From: a virus
IMG/VR virus record: IMGVR_UViG_3300045988_051379
Span: 18,279-82,278 of that record
Reading direction: 5' to 3' (one strand)
Length of the DNA stretch: 64,000 nucleotides
The notes beneath the pieces are model-generated. The model had not been told where the DNA came from. It was given only the letters and a program-made list of their open reading frames with translations, and did no database searches. The position numbers and the translations under genes were made by a program. Position 1 is the stretch's first letter, and each line of letters opens with the position of its first letter. Shown here in pieces: positions 1 through 10,425 of the stretch.

Positions 1-34
1 TCGTCCTGCCCACCTTGTTGAAACTTAGTTGCCA

Positions 35-259
35 TTATAGTTTAATTAAGTCTTTAGTATTAAAGATAGCTTCTTGTAGCTCTCCTCTTGTAGAGAACCA
101 TCTACATCTAATACCCTTGAAATATTCATCTTTCTTCTCATCCTTAGATGGTCTAAACGTCATCGTCTCTTTCTTAACTACAATCATCTGAGGTTTATAT
201 GGGATGTCTTGTCTTAATGTTACTACATCTCCTGGTTGATAAAACACTTTCTCTTCCAT
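35..259 (-). CDS. small DUF2158/YodC-like protein
   Basis: 74-aa ORF with PGDVV-L...P-MIV...RCRWF-GEL-EAIF pattern typical of DUF2158 small proteins. Confidence 0.3.
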   Translation of the reverse strand: MEEKVFYQPGDVVTLRQDIPYKPQMIVVKKETMTFRPSKDEKKDEYFKGIRCRWFSTRGELQEAIFNTKDLIKL

Positions 260-810
260 TATTCTATACTTTTAAATCGTTCTTTTAAACCTTCATTAAT
301 AACCACCTGCACTTGCTGTTCAGCTACAACTTCAAATCCTTGTCTGAAGAACGGAACAGGTACTCCAGAAGAACGCCTATAATATATATCGTCTCCCGGT
401 TTAATAAACTTACACAAAGGACTTACTTCTATAACATTAGCTACAACTGAAAGTTGATACTCTGTATCTTTCTCTCCGGTGTCTGGATTCTTAAATGCTC
501 CGTCATATTCTGGTATAATAAGTCCGCCTTTAGTCACTTCTATCTTTTGATACGGATTCTTAGCATAAGGTCTAACCAATACGTATGAATTAATAGGCAT
601 AATTTCCATACTATTCATCTTCTCTGTTACTTCCTCCGCTTTCTCCAATTCATCTTTAATGTTCTTATTAAGTGCTTTAGTGTAAGTATCTACTGCTTTA
701 TTATGTGCTTCCACAGCAGCTTCTTTCTTTAAATCTTTAAATCCATCTGCACCGGCAAAGCTTAATCCTTTACCCCCAAACATTACATCCATTGTTCCGT
801 TATTACTCAT
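259..810 (-). CDS. GroES-like co-chaperonin (T4 gp31-like) with N-terminal coiled-coil extension; internal Met at 618 may be the real start
   Basis: C-terminal ~115 aa match the GroES pattern: IMPINSYVLVRP...EVTKGGLIIPE (mobile loop) then KPGDDIYY...G-PV. Confidence 0.5.
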   Translation of the reverse strand: MSNNGTMDVMFGGKGLSFAGADGFKDLKKEAAVEAHNKAVDTYTKALNKNIKDELEKAEEVTEKMNSMEIMPINSYVLVRPYAKNPYQKIEVTKGGLIIPEYDGAFKNPDTGEKDTEYQLSVVANVIEVSPLCKFIKPGDDIYYRRSSGVPVPFFRQGFEVVAEQQVQVVINEGLKERFKSIE

Positions 811-822
811 AATTTAAATCAT

Positions 823-1092
823 TTACCATTTACATGCTGGACATGAAGACTTAATATCTCTAACTTTAGCATTAAGTCTACACCCGCATCCGCGTTTATA
901 ACCATCTTTACGTTCTGTTGATATATCTCCTGTTTTAGGGTTTAGCCACAGTTTACTGCTACATACATACCCCATAAACGAATCCTTCATAATAGGACAT
1001 TTCTTACATATTCTAATACGAGCTTTAGCTATTTCTTCGTTATTACCCAGTAACTCGTTCAAGTGCCCATTTACAATATTAGTAATTCCCAT
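823..1092 (-). CDS. Cys-rich zinc-finger-like small protein
   Basis: 89-aa ORF with CKKCP...C..K and CGC...CPAC Cys pairs. Confidence 0.35.
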   Translation of the reverse strand: MGITNIVNGHLNELLGNNEEIAKARIRICKKCPIMKDSFMGYVCSSKLWLNPKTGDISTERKDGYKRGCGCRLNAKVRDIKSSCPACKW

Positions 1093-1178
1093 AGATTTCT
1101 AATGAGCTTTAATTATACTTTACTTTTAATATCTCAAATCCCAGTTTGAAAGATACTCTATGATTATGAACTAGCTCA

Positions 1179-2102
1179 TTAGAACTCTATAGGCTTTCTC
1201 TTCTCCTTGATTTCCTCAAGTATACACTGTTTTTTCCAATGCTTACACATACGTTCCACATCATCTTTAAGATAATCTAACTCATGTTCTGTAACGTTAC
1301 TATTATGGTCATAATGTATAAGCAATAGCTTCTTAATAACAAAATCAGGATTTAATTTCTGAAGCATCCATGCATAGGTAGATAGTTGTAAAGTATAATG
1401 TACTTTATTACAGTCCATTAAGTTATTCATAGGATACTTCATCATTTGACTCTTCTTAGTCCTGGTATCAAAGTAAGATTTCTCGTCAATACTTTTATTA
1501 GTCTTGTAGTCAACAATGTAAATGTCATTTCCGTCCTTAATAAGTAAGTCAATTTGACCTGCCAACCTAAACTTATTGTCGTCAGACCTTCTGTATATCA
1601 TATATTCAGGGAAGACTCCTCTTTCTATGCTTAGTAGGTCTAAGTTATTCTTCTCTAAAGATTCATTAGTATTAACTTCAAAAGTTCCGCCTAAACCGTA
1701 ACTTCTCATTTGGCATGAACTCTTACCTAAGTATTGATGCTCCAAATCACTATGAATCTTTGTACCTCTTTCCTTGGAATCGGCATTAGTTTTAGACCAC
1801 TCATCCAGTATATCCTGTTGTGCAGAATTAAACTCCGTCTCATTTAAATCGTACATGTCTAAGAAGTACTTCTTATCAAAACGTTTAGTTTCTAATAGTC
1901 TCTTCTTCTCCATGGCAAACTGTTCAGCACTTAATAGCTTCTGTAATGCTTTGTATTGCGACCAGAAATCACTGTCGAACTTTTGACAGAACTCATGTAT
2001 CATTGTTGTTACTGAAGTGTATATAGTATTGTCGATTTCACTCCAATACATATGGGAAGAATCGTTGTAACATATTTCCTTGTTCCTCTTGTCTACTTTC
2101 AT
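1179..2102 (-). CDS. PD-(D/E)XK nuclease superfamily protein (RecB/Cas4-like fold)
   Basis: GQIDLL...IVDYKTNK gives a D...D-x-K catalytic arrangement. The track start overlaps the neighbour; a Met at 2051 is plausible. Confidence 0.45.
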   Translation of the reverse strand: MKVDKRNKEICYNDSSHMYWSEIDNTIYTSVTTMIHEFCQKFDSDFWSQYKALQKLLSAEQFAMEKKRLLETKRFDKKYFLDMYDLNETEFNSAQQDILDEWSKTNADSKERGTKIHSDLEHQYLGKSSCQMRSYGLGGTFEVNTNESLEKNNLDLLSIERGVFPEYMIYRRSDDNKFRLAGQIDLLIKDGNDIYIVDYKTNKSIDEKSYFDTRTKKSQMMKYPMNNLMDCNKVHYTLQLSTYAWMLQKLNPDFVIKKLLLIHYDHNSNVTEHELDYLKDDVERMCKHWKKQCILEEIKEKRKPIEF

Positions 2103-2796
2103 AATTCATTTTAAATTTCTTCCTAATTGAGTTATAATCTAATAAGGTAGATAGAGGTTGGATACACGGAGCAATAACGGAGTTATAGTACCCCAAATAG
2201 TACTCTTTAGTAACTGGATAAATAACAACAATCATTCCTATAGGTCCATCAATTCCAGCAATCGGATACATCGCAGCAGACTTTGCTCCAGATTCTTCTA
2301 ATAAAGCTACTAAATTAGGGAATGTTCTGTAGTAGTTCTCAATAGTGTCCATTCTAATGAATTGGTTGTCATTAATCCTTCCAAACTCATCACTGTAGTT
2401 AATATACTCCAACTCTTTCCATATCTTAATAGTTGCCTTAGTTTCATACCCTCTTCTCTTCTCTGTAAGAGCTGTTAAATAACGATATGATAAACCATGT
2501 GTACTTTGTAAGGTATTATGGTAATTCAATAACAAGACATTCGACGCATCCTTATCTTCCATAAGAATATGCTCTATATGCCCGTTAACTTGTGGAGTAA
2601 TCATCTCTGTATATTTCTCAGCTAATACCTTCTCCGTAACAGCTGCCTGTCTATAATCTTCTAAAATAGCTTTAGTGTGTGAAGAGAAATGAAGCTCTAC
2701 CATCAAGAATGCAAGCATTATAATGACTATCGTCTTAACACCAGAACTCCAACTGTCAATCCACCTGTACACCTCTTTTAGTTTGCCCAATAACAT
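2038..2796 (-). CDS. membrane-anchored hypothetical protein
   Basis: 252-aa ORF with a single N-terminal hydrophobic helix (TIVIIMLAFLMV). Confidence 0.35.
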   Translation of the reverse strand: MLLGKLKEVYRWIDSWSSGVKTIVIIMLAFLMVELHFSSHTKAILEDYRQAAVTEKVLAEKYTEMITPQVNGHIEHILMEDKDASNVLLLNYHNTLQSTHGLSYRYLTALTEKRRGYETKATIKIWKELEYINYSDEFGRINDNQFIRMDTIENYYRTFPNLVALLEESGAKSAAMYPIAGIDGPIGMIVVIYPVTKEYYLGYYNSVIAPCIQPLSTLLDYNSIRKKFKMNYESRQEEQGNMLQRFFPYVLE

Positions 2797-2957
2797 TAAT
2801 CTACTGATTTAAAGGTTAGAGATTAATAATAGTTTAGTTTCTTTATTACTTATTTACATTGACACCTTAAATCATTAATTCATCTGATTTGTTTGATAAT
2901 GTGCAAATTTAGCAATACCTTTGTGAATAAAAAAGTGATTTAACATGTAATTTAATT

Positions 2958-3257
2958 ATGGAATTTAACGCAGAGGAATTATCAAGAATTAATGAGGCTC
3001 TGAAAGAGTTACTCGATGATGCGGACCTAGAAGAGGTTCCCATGTTTAGATGTGGTAGTAAGTTAGTAAGGAAAGATAAAAATGGAAGCAAGATTCATAT
3101 TAAGAAGAAGAATCGCGGCAAATTTACGGCATCAGCTAAGAAAGCTGGACAGAGTGTTCAAGAACATGCTAGGTCTGTACTTAACAATCCTAATGCGACT
3201 CCGTTACAGAAGAAGAGAGCTAATTTCGCTAGAAATGCCGCCAAATGGAAGCATTAA
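2958..3257 (+). CDS. hypothetical basic protein
   Basis: 99-aa ORF, Lys/Arg-rich C-terminus; no family recognised. Confidence 0.35.
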   Translation: MEFNAEELSRINEALKELLDDADLEEVPMFRCGSKLVRKDKNGSKIHIKKKNRGKFTASAKKAGQSVQEHARSVLNNPNATPLQKKRANFARNAAKWKH

Positions 3258-3625
3258 CTATGAAATTTAAGTACGACAAATCTAAAGGATTGCTATTCTT
3301 TATCAATCCGTTACTTCCGGTAAAAGGATATTCATTTATGAATATTTGTGCTATTATGTTTACTAGAAGTGAGGATTATATAAAGAGAATGACTCAAGCT
3401 ACAGTTACACATGAGAAGACTCACACAAAACAGATATTAGAAATGGGAATAGTATTCTTCTATTTATGGTATGTAATAGAGTGGTTTATTAAATTACTAG
3501 CTAGTGGCAATGCTCACACTGCCTATAGAAACATATCATTTGAAAGGGAAGCTAGGTATGTAGCTGAACATCCTGAATACGAGAGGAAGACTTTCAGCTA
3601 TGGCTGGTTTAAATGGATATTATGA
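3245..3625 (+). CDS. membrane protein with HExxH motif (possible metallopeptidase-like)
   Basis: HEKTH motif followed by hydrophobic helices; weak. Confidence 0.25.
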   Translation: MEALTMKFKYDKSKGLLFFINPLLPVKGYSFMNICAIMFTRSEDYIKRMTQATVTHEKTHTKQILEMGIVFFYLWYVIEWFIKLLASGNAHTAYRNISFEREARYVAEHPEYERKTFSYGWFKWIL

Positions 3626-4452
3626 GAATCTCAACTAAAGGAAGAGGGATTATTAGGGCACAACAGGGAGCTGTAGCAAGACCTAATCCTAAAGAGAATT
3701 ATAAATTGCCAGAGGACCAGAGATATCAAGCCCAAACTAGAGGGATGAAAGACTTTGCTATAGAATGGTATAAAGAACGTGCTAAACAGCCTAAGTATCA
3801 ATCTCAAGTTAATGAATCTAACCTTGCTAACATTACTGACCAAATTAACAGGGCAGAATATGTAGAACCTTCTAAGTTCTATTCTAATCCAAATGTATAT
3901 AAAGGGAAGGTTGGTAATGTGACTCAAGCTGCCCAAGTAGCTATGAGACAAAATAAGGGAGCAGCATATCCAGCAGGATTGCAATACACATACAATGCTC
4001 CTTCATTCCCATTCTCTGGAAGATTTAGCCATGTGTCTTGGCATGAAGGTATTGGACACATGGTTGGAGATAATAATCCGCAGATATTAAAGGCCAATCC
4101 TGGTATTAATAACAGAGTGGATTATGAATCCTCTACACCATTAGAGTCTCAAGTGTACAGCTCCCAACCTAATGAAAGACATGCGGACACGTGGGGATTT
4201 AGAGGAGCCAATGTAAATATGAAAGATGCGAATGGTAATTATTATATTGACCCTAATAGGCAATTAAAAGGTACAGATATTCAGGAGATGAGAACTAAGG
4301 GAGCTAAAATACCTTCAGGGTTTAATACCCTTAGTGATGACGAGATAGCTAAACTGCATAATACCTTCGCTAGTAATGCTAACAACAAAAGAAGTAATAC
4401 TATGCTAATAGCTAAGAGAGGTGTGCAAATTAAACGTAGAATTATTAAATAA
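3613..4452 (+). CDS. hypothetical protein (G/N/Q/Y-rich, possibly virion-associated)
   Basis: 279-aa ORF upstream of the large tail/virion protein; no motif. Confidence 0.35.
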   Translation: MDIMRISTKGRGIIRAQQGAVARPNPKENYKLPEDQRYQAQTRGMKDFAIEWYKERAKQPKYQSQVNESNLANITDQINRAEYVEPSKFYSNPNVYKGKVGNVTQAAQVAMRQNKGAAYPAGLQYTYNAPSFPFSGRFSHVSWHEGIGHMVGDNNPQILKANPGINNRVDYESSTPLESQVYSSQPNERHADTWGFRGANVNMKDANGNYYIDPNRQLKGTDIQEMRTKGAKIPSGFNTLSDDEIAKLHNTFASNANNKRSNTMLIAKRGVQIKRRIIK

Positions 4453-4460
4453 TAACAATC

Positions 4461-4852
4461 ATGGCTTTAATTCAAAATGAAGACAACAAATGCCCTACCA
4501 CTAAACAAGTGAATGACGCACTCAAGTCTATGGGGGGGGGGTTCAGACCCTAGTTTTAACAACACAAGATTTGATTTATCCAGGTAGAAGTAGTAATATA
4601 GAGGTTAACAGTGCTGATAGTGCTGTAATGGAGATTGTGAAGTCTAATATGACAGACATGGTCCCATTTCAGTTACTGTATTATGGAGTATCTAATGGTA
4701 CGCCAACATGTATTAGTGTGACAATAGTCGGAATTCCAATAGCTAATATGTTCACATTATACGTAAATGTAAATCAAGGTGGTTTACAGCACTTTAGCCT
4801 TAACAAAGGCCCCAATCAAAAGTGGATTGCTTCTACACTTAGTAATTCTTAA
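4461..4852 (+). CDS. small protein split by a frameshift at a G10 tract (4461..4553 continues in another frame as 4517..4852)
   Basis: ATG at 4461 reads MALIQNEDNKCPTTKQVNDALKSMGGG, then a stop. A +1 G in the 4532..4541 tract joins it in frame to the 93-aa ORF with no intervening stop. Confidence 0.35.
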
Positions 4853-4973
4853 CATTTAAGAATTAAAGTACATTAATCGCAGTATGCCAATCTGGGGTAA
4901 CTACTGAAATACCAATAAATCAGGCATATATAGGAGGTGACACAGCTAATATTTCTATAAATGTAATTATATA

Positions 4974-5216
4974 ATGAAGTTTGTAACATTCTTAAAGCAA
5001 GTATTCACATCCCACTCTGGCATATCATCTAAGAGACTCTGCGGAGTAGTAGGGTGGTTTGTCTGCTTGGGAGTGTTAATATACTGTGCAATAAACGTAA
5101 TTCAAGCCCCATTAATGATAGACACAGTCCTGTTGTGTTGTATGGGATTGCTTGGCATAGATTCAGTAACAGGAATATGGAAGAGATTCACCAATAACGA
5201 TAAATCGAATAAATAA
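4974..5216 (+). CDS. small two-TM membrane protein
   Basis: 80 aa with two hydrophobic helices, immediately upstream of the large glucosaminidase-domain protein. Confidence 0.35.
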   Translation: MKFVTFLKQVFTSHSGISSKRLCGVVGWFVCLGVLIYCAINVIQAPLMIDTVLLCCMGLLGIDSVTGIWKRFTNNDKSNK

Positions 5217-8059
5217 TGAAAGTAATACCTAAACTACAACAAGGAAACACCATAGAGTCCGATAATACTAAAGTAGTTAGGCCAGAAATTCATGAACCTA
5301 TTAAAGCTAAACCTAGACAGTATTCCATTGTAGATTTAGGTGGAGAACCTTCTAATGATACCAGGTCAGCTGCTGAAAGAAATAGAGACTATTGGCATCC
5401 TATTAAAGGAGCTAAAGCCAGATTCAGGGCTTCTATGTCCAATGAGACTAATCTTTTAGTTGGAATAGAAAGAACTATACTTCCTTCAGCAGCTGGTGCT
5501 GCATTAGTAACAACTCCAGCCGCTGTTGTAGTAGGAGCTTTAGGTAATATGACTGTGGATAAGCTTACCGGGGGCTGGGGTAACTGGTTGGAAGATAAAA
5601 CTGGCATTCCGTCCGAAATTGGAGTTTATACTAATCCAGGAGCTTGGTATGGTGGTGCTAAAGGATATAAGATTGGAAAGGACAAGTTAATAACTAAATC
5701 AATTAAAGGTGACGCTGACTTAGCTTGGAATCCTATTAACAAGAACCATTGGATATTTAATAAGGAAGCAAGGACTCCTTCTAATATAGCAATGGCAACA
5801 GCTAACAGAATTACTCCATTTCTATCTAAGGTAGAGAAATTACCATTAAAAGTGGCTGCTTATAAAGCTGCCAAGAGAACTAACGGTAATGCATCAGTAA
5901 GTTTGCAAGATATAAAAACAATGCCAGCCGACTACACAGGTTCTTCAATACTAGGTGGAGGAAATTTAGAAGGTAGGAATCTATTAGCTAAATATATATT
6001 TGATGAGAATCCAGTAGTTAAAAGAATGTTCTTTAATAAAGCTACTAGTAATATCAAACCTATTAGCCGTAATGAAGCAAGGAGAGGATTTAGTCATGGC
6101 GATAGATATGAGCAGCTTTATCCTGGGGTTCATAACAGAAGATACGAAATGAGTGCAGTAGTACCCTCTGGTAGGCCATTGAAATTTCAAGAAGCTTCTG
6201 AATTTACAGAATACGCAGGAAAGAATCCGATTGGTAAAATTATTGGTAAGGAAGCTGAACCAGTAATGCGTATGGGAGATAAAGAGTTCATGACCTTTAG
6301 GCAGCCAGGAACCGATTATATAGGTCCTATTGATGACGTTGCTGGACACTTGGTTAAGTTTCAAATGAATAAGGGTAAGCTTAGACAGACTTCTCAAGAT
6401 ATGTGGAAATTTAATCCTGCTGACTATGCTAAGAGGTGGAATGATTCTCCTAACCAAGTTAGGCTTACTAAACAAGCTGCATTAATGGATAAAGTAGGTC
6501 GTCCGTTTATACTACAGCAATCTAATCCTATATGGATTGAAGGTAAGTCTGTTAGAAATCCAGAATTAGTAACTATGGCACATGGTGGAAGATTTGATTT
6601 TAAGAAGTCCCCTCTGTTAAAGAAACAAGAAGAGATTAACGGTAAACGAGACATGCGCAAGAAGTTCATCAAATCAAGTCGCCCAACCTATAAGAAGCGA
6701 ATCAAGAAAGCTCAACAAGGAATGAAGTTCGTAAGTTATAATCCAGTAAGTAATCCTACAATAGATTACACTGATATTACTAATCCTATTAATCCATTTA
6801 GTGAGTATAATTATAATACAACTTACGATAAACCAGAGGCTTTAGTAGTACCAGTAAGAGATACTGATGAAACTGATGTAGTAGCTAATAATCCTACAGT
6901 AGAGCCAGTAATTAATAAGCCAGTAGCTAGTAAATCTGTTACTGATAAACCTGTTACTAAAACTGCCAACTCAACTTGGAAGAGTCCATATACTAACAGA
7001 AAGCAATGGTCTACAGAACTTATTAATGCCTATAAGAAGGCAGGTATTACTAATGATAATGCAATTAGAATGTTATTAGCACAAGACGCATTAGAATCTA
7101 GTTGGGGTAAGTCTGCACAAGGTAAGTACAACTTTGGCAATTTAACTACTGGTAGTTCATGGAAAGGTAATTATGTAACTGGTAATGATAAAAATGCTAA
7201 AGGTGAAGCTATTAAGCAGAAGTTTAGGTCTTATAATTCTATGGATGAGTATGCAGCAGATAAGATACAATTCTTAAAGAGACTATATGACTTTGATGAG
7301 AATGATGATATTAATAAGTTTGTAGCTAAGCTTACTGGTTCTAATAAAGGTAAGAGAAGATATGCAGAAGCTACTAATTATGCTAAAGTACTTACTGGGG
7401 TATATAATGGTATTCCTAAAGGTGAGAATGGTATGATTATTAAGTATCAAGAACCTGCACAACCTATTAAGTATATGGGAGGTTATGATAAGAGAGGTAA
7501 TATAGTATTGCCAGTTAATAATGAGAATGGTATGAATAATGTAACTTTACCAGAAGTAACAGTTACTCCTAGAAATATTAATCTGGCTGGTGCTGTAGAT
7601 AGAGGAAGGAGAGAAGCCGCACCTTATGTTAGTACATTATTAACAGGTGCAATATTTGGGCCATTATCAGTAGCAGGTGGATATGCAGGTAATGAAGCAG
7701 TTAATAAGATAACTAATGTAGCTAGTAATGACAAATATAAAGACTGGGCTGATATGCTTTCTAAGACTACAGGAATGAATCCGGTAGTTGCAGATTTCTT
7801 TAACATAGGTAATTTGGCAGGTGGATTTGGAATGCGTAACTTTGGACCTAAGTTAAAGCCAGTAAAAGATATGGCTGTTGGTGGTAATAAATGGGCTAGA
7901 GCTAGAGTAATTAGTAAGGCTATAGATAAAGGGACTCCTTCAGTTGAGCCATTGCCCAATAATGTAGGTTGGGGACCTAGACAATCCATACATGTAGTAC
8001 ATGATAAGAATAGTGCTAGACTCCCGAAATTATACTTTCCAGAAAGGTGGGACTATTAA
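5216..8059 (+). CDS. large virion/tail protein with internal glucosaminidase (FlgJ-like, GH73) peptidoglycan-hydrolase domain; possible tape-measure or tail lysin
   Basis: 947 aa; AQDALESSWGKS...NFGNL...FRSYNSMDEY matches the AQAALESGWG / NNLFGIK / FRAY glucosaminidase motifs; hydrophobic Gly-rich segments near both ends. Confidence 0.55.
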   Translation: MKVIPKLQQGNTIESDNTKVVRPEIHEPIKAKPRQYSIVDLGGEPSNDTRSAAERNRDYWHPIKGAKARFRASMSNETNLLVGIERTILPSAAGAALVTTPAAVVVGALGNMTVDKLTGGWGNWLEDKTGIPSEIGVYTNPGAWYGGAKGYKIGKDKLITKSIKGDADLAWNPINKNHWIFNKEARTPSNIAMATANRITPFLSKVEKLPLKVAAYKAAKRTNGNASVSLQDIKTMPADYTGSSILGGGNLEGRNLLAKYIFDENPVVKRMFFNKATSNIKPISRNEARRGFSHGDRYEQLYPGVHNRRYEMSAVVPSGRPLKFQEASEFTEYAGKNPIGKIIGKEAEPVMRMGDKEFMTFRQPGTDYIGPIDDVAGHLVKFQMNKGKLRQTSQDMWKFNPADYAKRWNDSPNQVRLTKQAALMDKVGRPFILQQSNPIWIEGKSVRNPELVTMAHGGRFDFKKSPLLKKQEEINGKRDMRKKFIKSSRPTYKKRIKKAQQGMKFVSYNPVSNPTIDYTDITNPINPFSEYNYNTTYDKPEALVVPVRDTDETDVVANNPTVEPVINKPVASKSVTDKPVTKTANSTWKSPYTNRKQWSTELINAYKKAGITNDNAIRMLLAQDALESSWGKSAQGKYNFGNLTTGSSWKGNYVTGNDKNAKGEAIKQKFRSYNSMDEYAADKIQFLKRLYDFDENDDINKFVAKLTGSNKGKRRYAEATNYAKVLTGVYNGIPKGENGMIIKYQEPAQPIKYMGGYDKRGNIVLPVNNENGMNNVTLPEVTVTPRNINLAGAVDRGRREAAPYVSTLLTGAIFGPLSVAGGYAGNEAVNKITNVASNDKYKDWADMLSKTTGMNPVVADFFNIGNLAGGFGMRNFGPKLKPVKDMAVGGNKWARARVISKAIDKGTPSVEPLPNNVGWGPRQSIHVVHDKNSARLPKLYFPERWDY

Positions 8060-8122
8060 CTAATATCACTTGGATAGTATATTTAGATGTAGTAAATTTG
8101 CAATGTAAAAGAATTAACAACA

Positions 8123-8760
8123 TGAGTAAAATAGCAACAGAATTAGAAGCTAAGACTATGGGGGGAGGGACTCTCTCGGTAATTGATAATAAGTGCTGTA
8201 CTAAAGCTAGAGCACTTGAATTAGGATGTCAGATTAAAAGTGGATTTAGTTATACTGATAATCAGTTAGTGGAGTTAGAAGGTATAAAGGCTGCTCCAAA
8301 TGTAATCCTTCATTATGGTTGGAAGGATATGCCAATTAATAATATACAGAAATTTAGAGTACGTTTCTCATTTGTTAATGAGAGTTCAGTGAATGGAGAG
8401 CCATTTAAGTATTCTGACAATACTATGTACTTTACAATTACTCCAAGATTAGAGCAAGGAGAACAAACGTACACTAAGACTTTAGCAAATCCTCTTAAAT
8501 ATTACTTAGAGAAATTAGCACCTTCTAACCAAGACCCATATAATACACCTGTTTGGATACGTTTTGAGGGATACATGATACTTAGGCAAGTGCCTAAAAT
8601 TACATTAGCAGTAGATTCTCAATCTGAGAATTGGGCAGAAGGAGTAACATTCCCTTCATCTGGAAGGTGGGTCGAAATGAATAATTCTGGTAGAGTATTT
8701 AGATTTACTGGTGGGGAAATAGACCTAAACATAGAACTGTATACAGCGTCAGCGCAATGA
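8123..8760 (+). CDS. hypothetical protein (track start 8047 overlaps the upstream gene; Met at 8123 more likely)
   Basis: ORF in track; no motif. Confidence 0.35.
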
Positions 8761-8954
8761 TTAAAGTAACTGATAATAAAGAAATAAAAGAGACAGTCTT
8801 AGCAGGACTTAAAAGGAATAAAGAGAAGTATGGTAAGAAGTACTGCCCATGCTCCTTAGTAAGAGATGAAAATACAGTATGTATGTGTAAAGAGTTTAGG
8901 GAAATGGAAGAAGGGACTTGCCATTGCCAACTTTATGTTAAAACTAAAGACTAA
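8757..8954 (+). CDS. ferredoxin-thioredoxin reductase catalytic-subunit-like small Cys protein
   Basis: CPC-x11-CMC-x13-CHC spacing resembles the FTR beta-chain CPC...CPC...CHC arrangement. Confidence 0.4.
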   Translation: MIKVTDNKEIKETVLAGLKRNKEKYGKKYCPCSLVRDENTVCMCKEFREMEEGTCHCQLYVKTKD

Positions 8955-9120
8955 TAATTATGGATGAATTAAAGAACCAATTAGCACAGTATTTATGTAG
9001 CCAAATTCATAATGGCACTAAAGATTTGATTGAATTAATTGAATCGGAAGACCTTATTAATGAACAGTGGTATAAGAACTGGAAGGAAGAGATGAGAATC
9101 TTACTACAGGAGAAGTAATT

Positions 9121-9360
9121 ATGATAATACTTAGTGGAAATTGTCCTAGGCATCATAATGCCATTATGTTGGAACTTACAGACTTTGATGACAGTAGGAT
9201 TTCCTATCTAGCTAGAATATCTAGAGGACATCATGTTGACACTCTGTTAGTTCCTAGAGAATATAAAGATACATTTGAATCTACAGAACTATATGAAGTA
9301 TTACTGCCTAATATTAGTATAGGTGGTGTACAATTTGCTAAAATATACTATTATGATTGA
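9121..9360 (+). CDS. hypothetical protein
   Basis: ORF in track; no motif. Confidence 0.3.
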   Translation: MIILSGNCPRHHNAIMLELTDFDDSRISYLARISRGHHVDTLLVPREYKDTFESTELYEVLLPNISIGGVQFAKIYYYD

Positions 9361-9586
9361 TGTTAGAAGGACATTAGAGAATTTACATCAGATACTTCCA
9401 AACTTATCAATAGAGGACTTATTTAGAGTTCTTGATAATATAGTAGAGATTCCACAATTTAATGTAGGACAGACAACAACTACTATACGTAGAGATGATA
9501 GTGGCTGGAGACCATATGACACAGGTACATTTATATCTTATGCTAGTAATGGAATAACACTTAACGATGAAGGAACTTGTAAATAA
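9323..9586 (+). CDS. hypothetical protein
   Basis: ORF in track; no motif. Confidence 0.3.
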   Translation: MVYNLLKYTIMIDVRRTLENLHQILPNLSIEDLFRVLDNIVEIPQFNVGQTTTTIRRDDSGWRPYDTGTFISYASNGITLNDEGTCK

Positions 9587-9773
9587 CTGGAATGAGAAAC
9601 ATCCCGAATACGTATTGGTACACGGGATGTATTCTTATGTAGACAATGGACAATCTAAGGATATGCACATGCTTACTATCTTTAATAAGGATAATGAATG
9701 TATATGTGAATATAAAGGAGGAGATTTTATTAAATTATATAACACATTAGAAGAAGAATGGGAAAGCGATTAA
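9567..9773 (+). CDS. hypothetical protein
   Basis: ORF in track; no motif. Confidence 0.3.
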   Translation: MKELVNNWNEKHPEYVLVHGMYSYVDNGQSKDMHMLTIFNKDNECICEYKGGDFIKLYNTLEEEWESD

Positions 9774-10098
9774 TTAATGTTGATGAAGTGGAGGAGATGT
9801 ATTAATTCACACTTGTATGTAATTAATGAGTTATGGAGAATGATAGGCTAAATGAAATTAGGGAATTAAATCCAGATTATGATATTAGTATGCATGAGCT
9901 AGATGTTTGTGTAGGAGACAATCAATATAGGCTAATGTATTATGTGTATGTTCAGCATAAAGAATCTGGAATAGGTGGAGTCCTTATAACGAGGAGGAGC
10001 GTAAACAAGTAATTAAACTGTTTAACTCTGGCACTTGGTATGATACATTTGGAGCTTTAAAGAATTTATATTATGAAAGAACTCCCAAAGGCTTAAGA

Positions 10099-10425
10099 AT
10101 GTGTAACCTTACTGGTAAATCTTTACAAGATAATGTTCTAGGATATATAGAAGATATTATTTTGAATATAAAAGACCATTATGAAACATTTGCTGTTATT
10201 CCTAGAGGTAAATCTAAATTACAAGTTTATATGACAATAAGCAATGGAACAAATGGAGCTGAAGGATGTATTATTAATTCTATGGAAGATGTTCTAAATG
10301 TGCTTAAAAACTTAAGGAAATATAAAGGAGTAAATTGGTCACAGCTACTGGAAGTTGGGATAGATAATGCAGATGATTTATATTGGTGGTACGTGACATT
10401 CTCTATAGACACTACAGCTATATAA
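10099..10425 (+). CDS. hypothetical protein
   Basis: ORF in track; no motif. Confidence 0.3.
   Translation: MCNLTGKSLQDNVLGYIEDIILNIKDHYETFAVIPRGKSKLQVYMTISNGTNGAEGCIINSMEDVLNVLKNLRKYKGVNWSQLLEVGIDNADDLYWWYVTFSIDTTAI

Noticed and set aside
1774-1986. Nested or antisense ORFs in the track (e.g. 1774..1986, 5389..5607, 5984..6672, 7624..7989, 31694..32125, 32365..32592, 35579..36100, 38315..39376, 48403..48750, 59957..60343)
   Set aside because: They lie entirely within longer ORFs that carry recognisable motifs on the opposite strand or frame, or have low-complexity composition mirroring the host ORF. They were treated as spurious.
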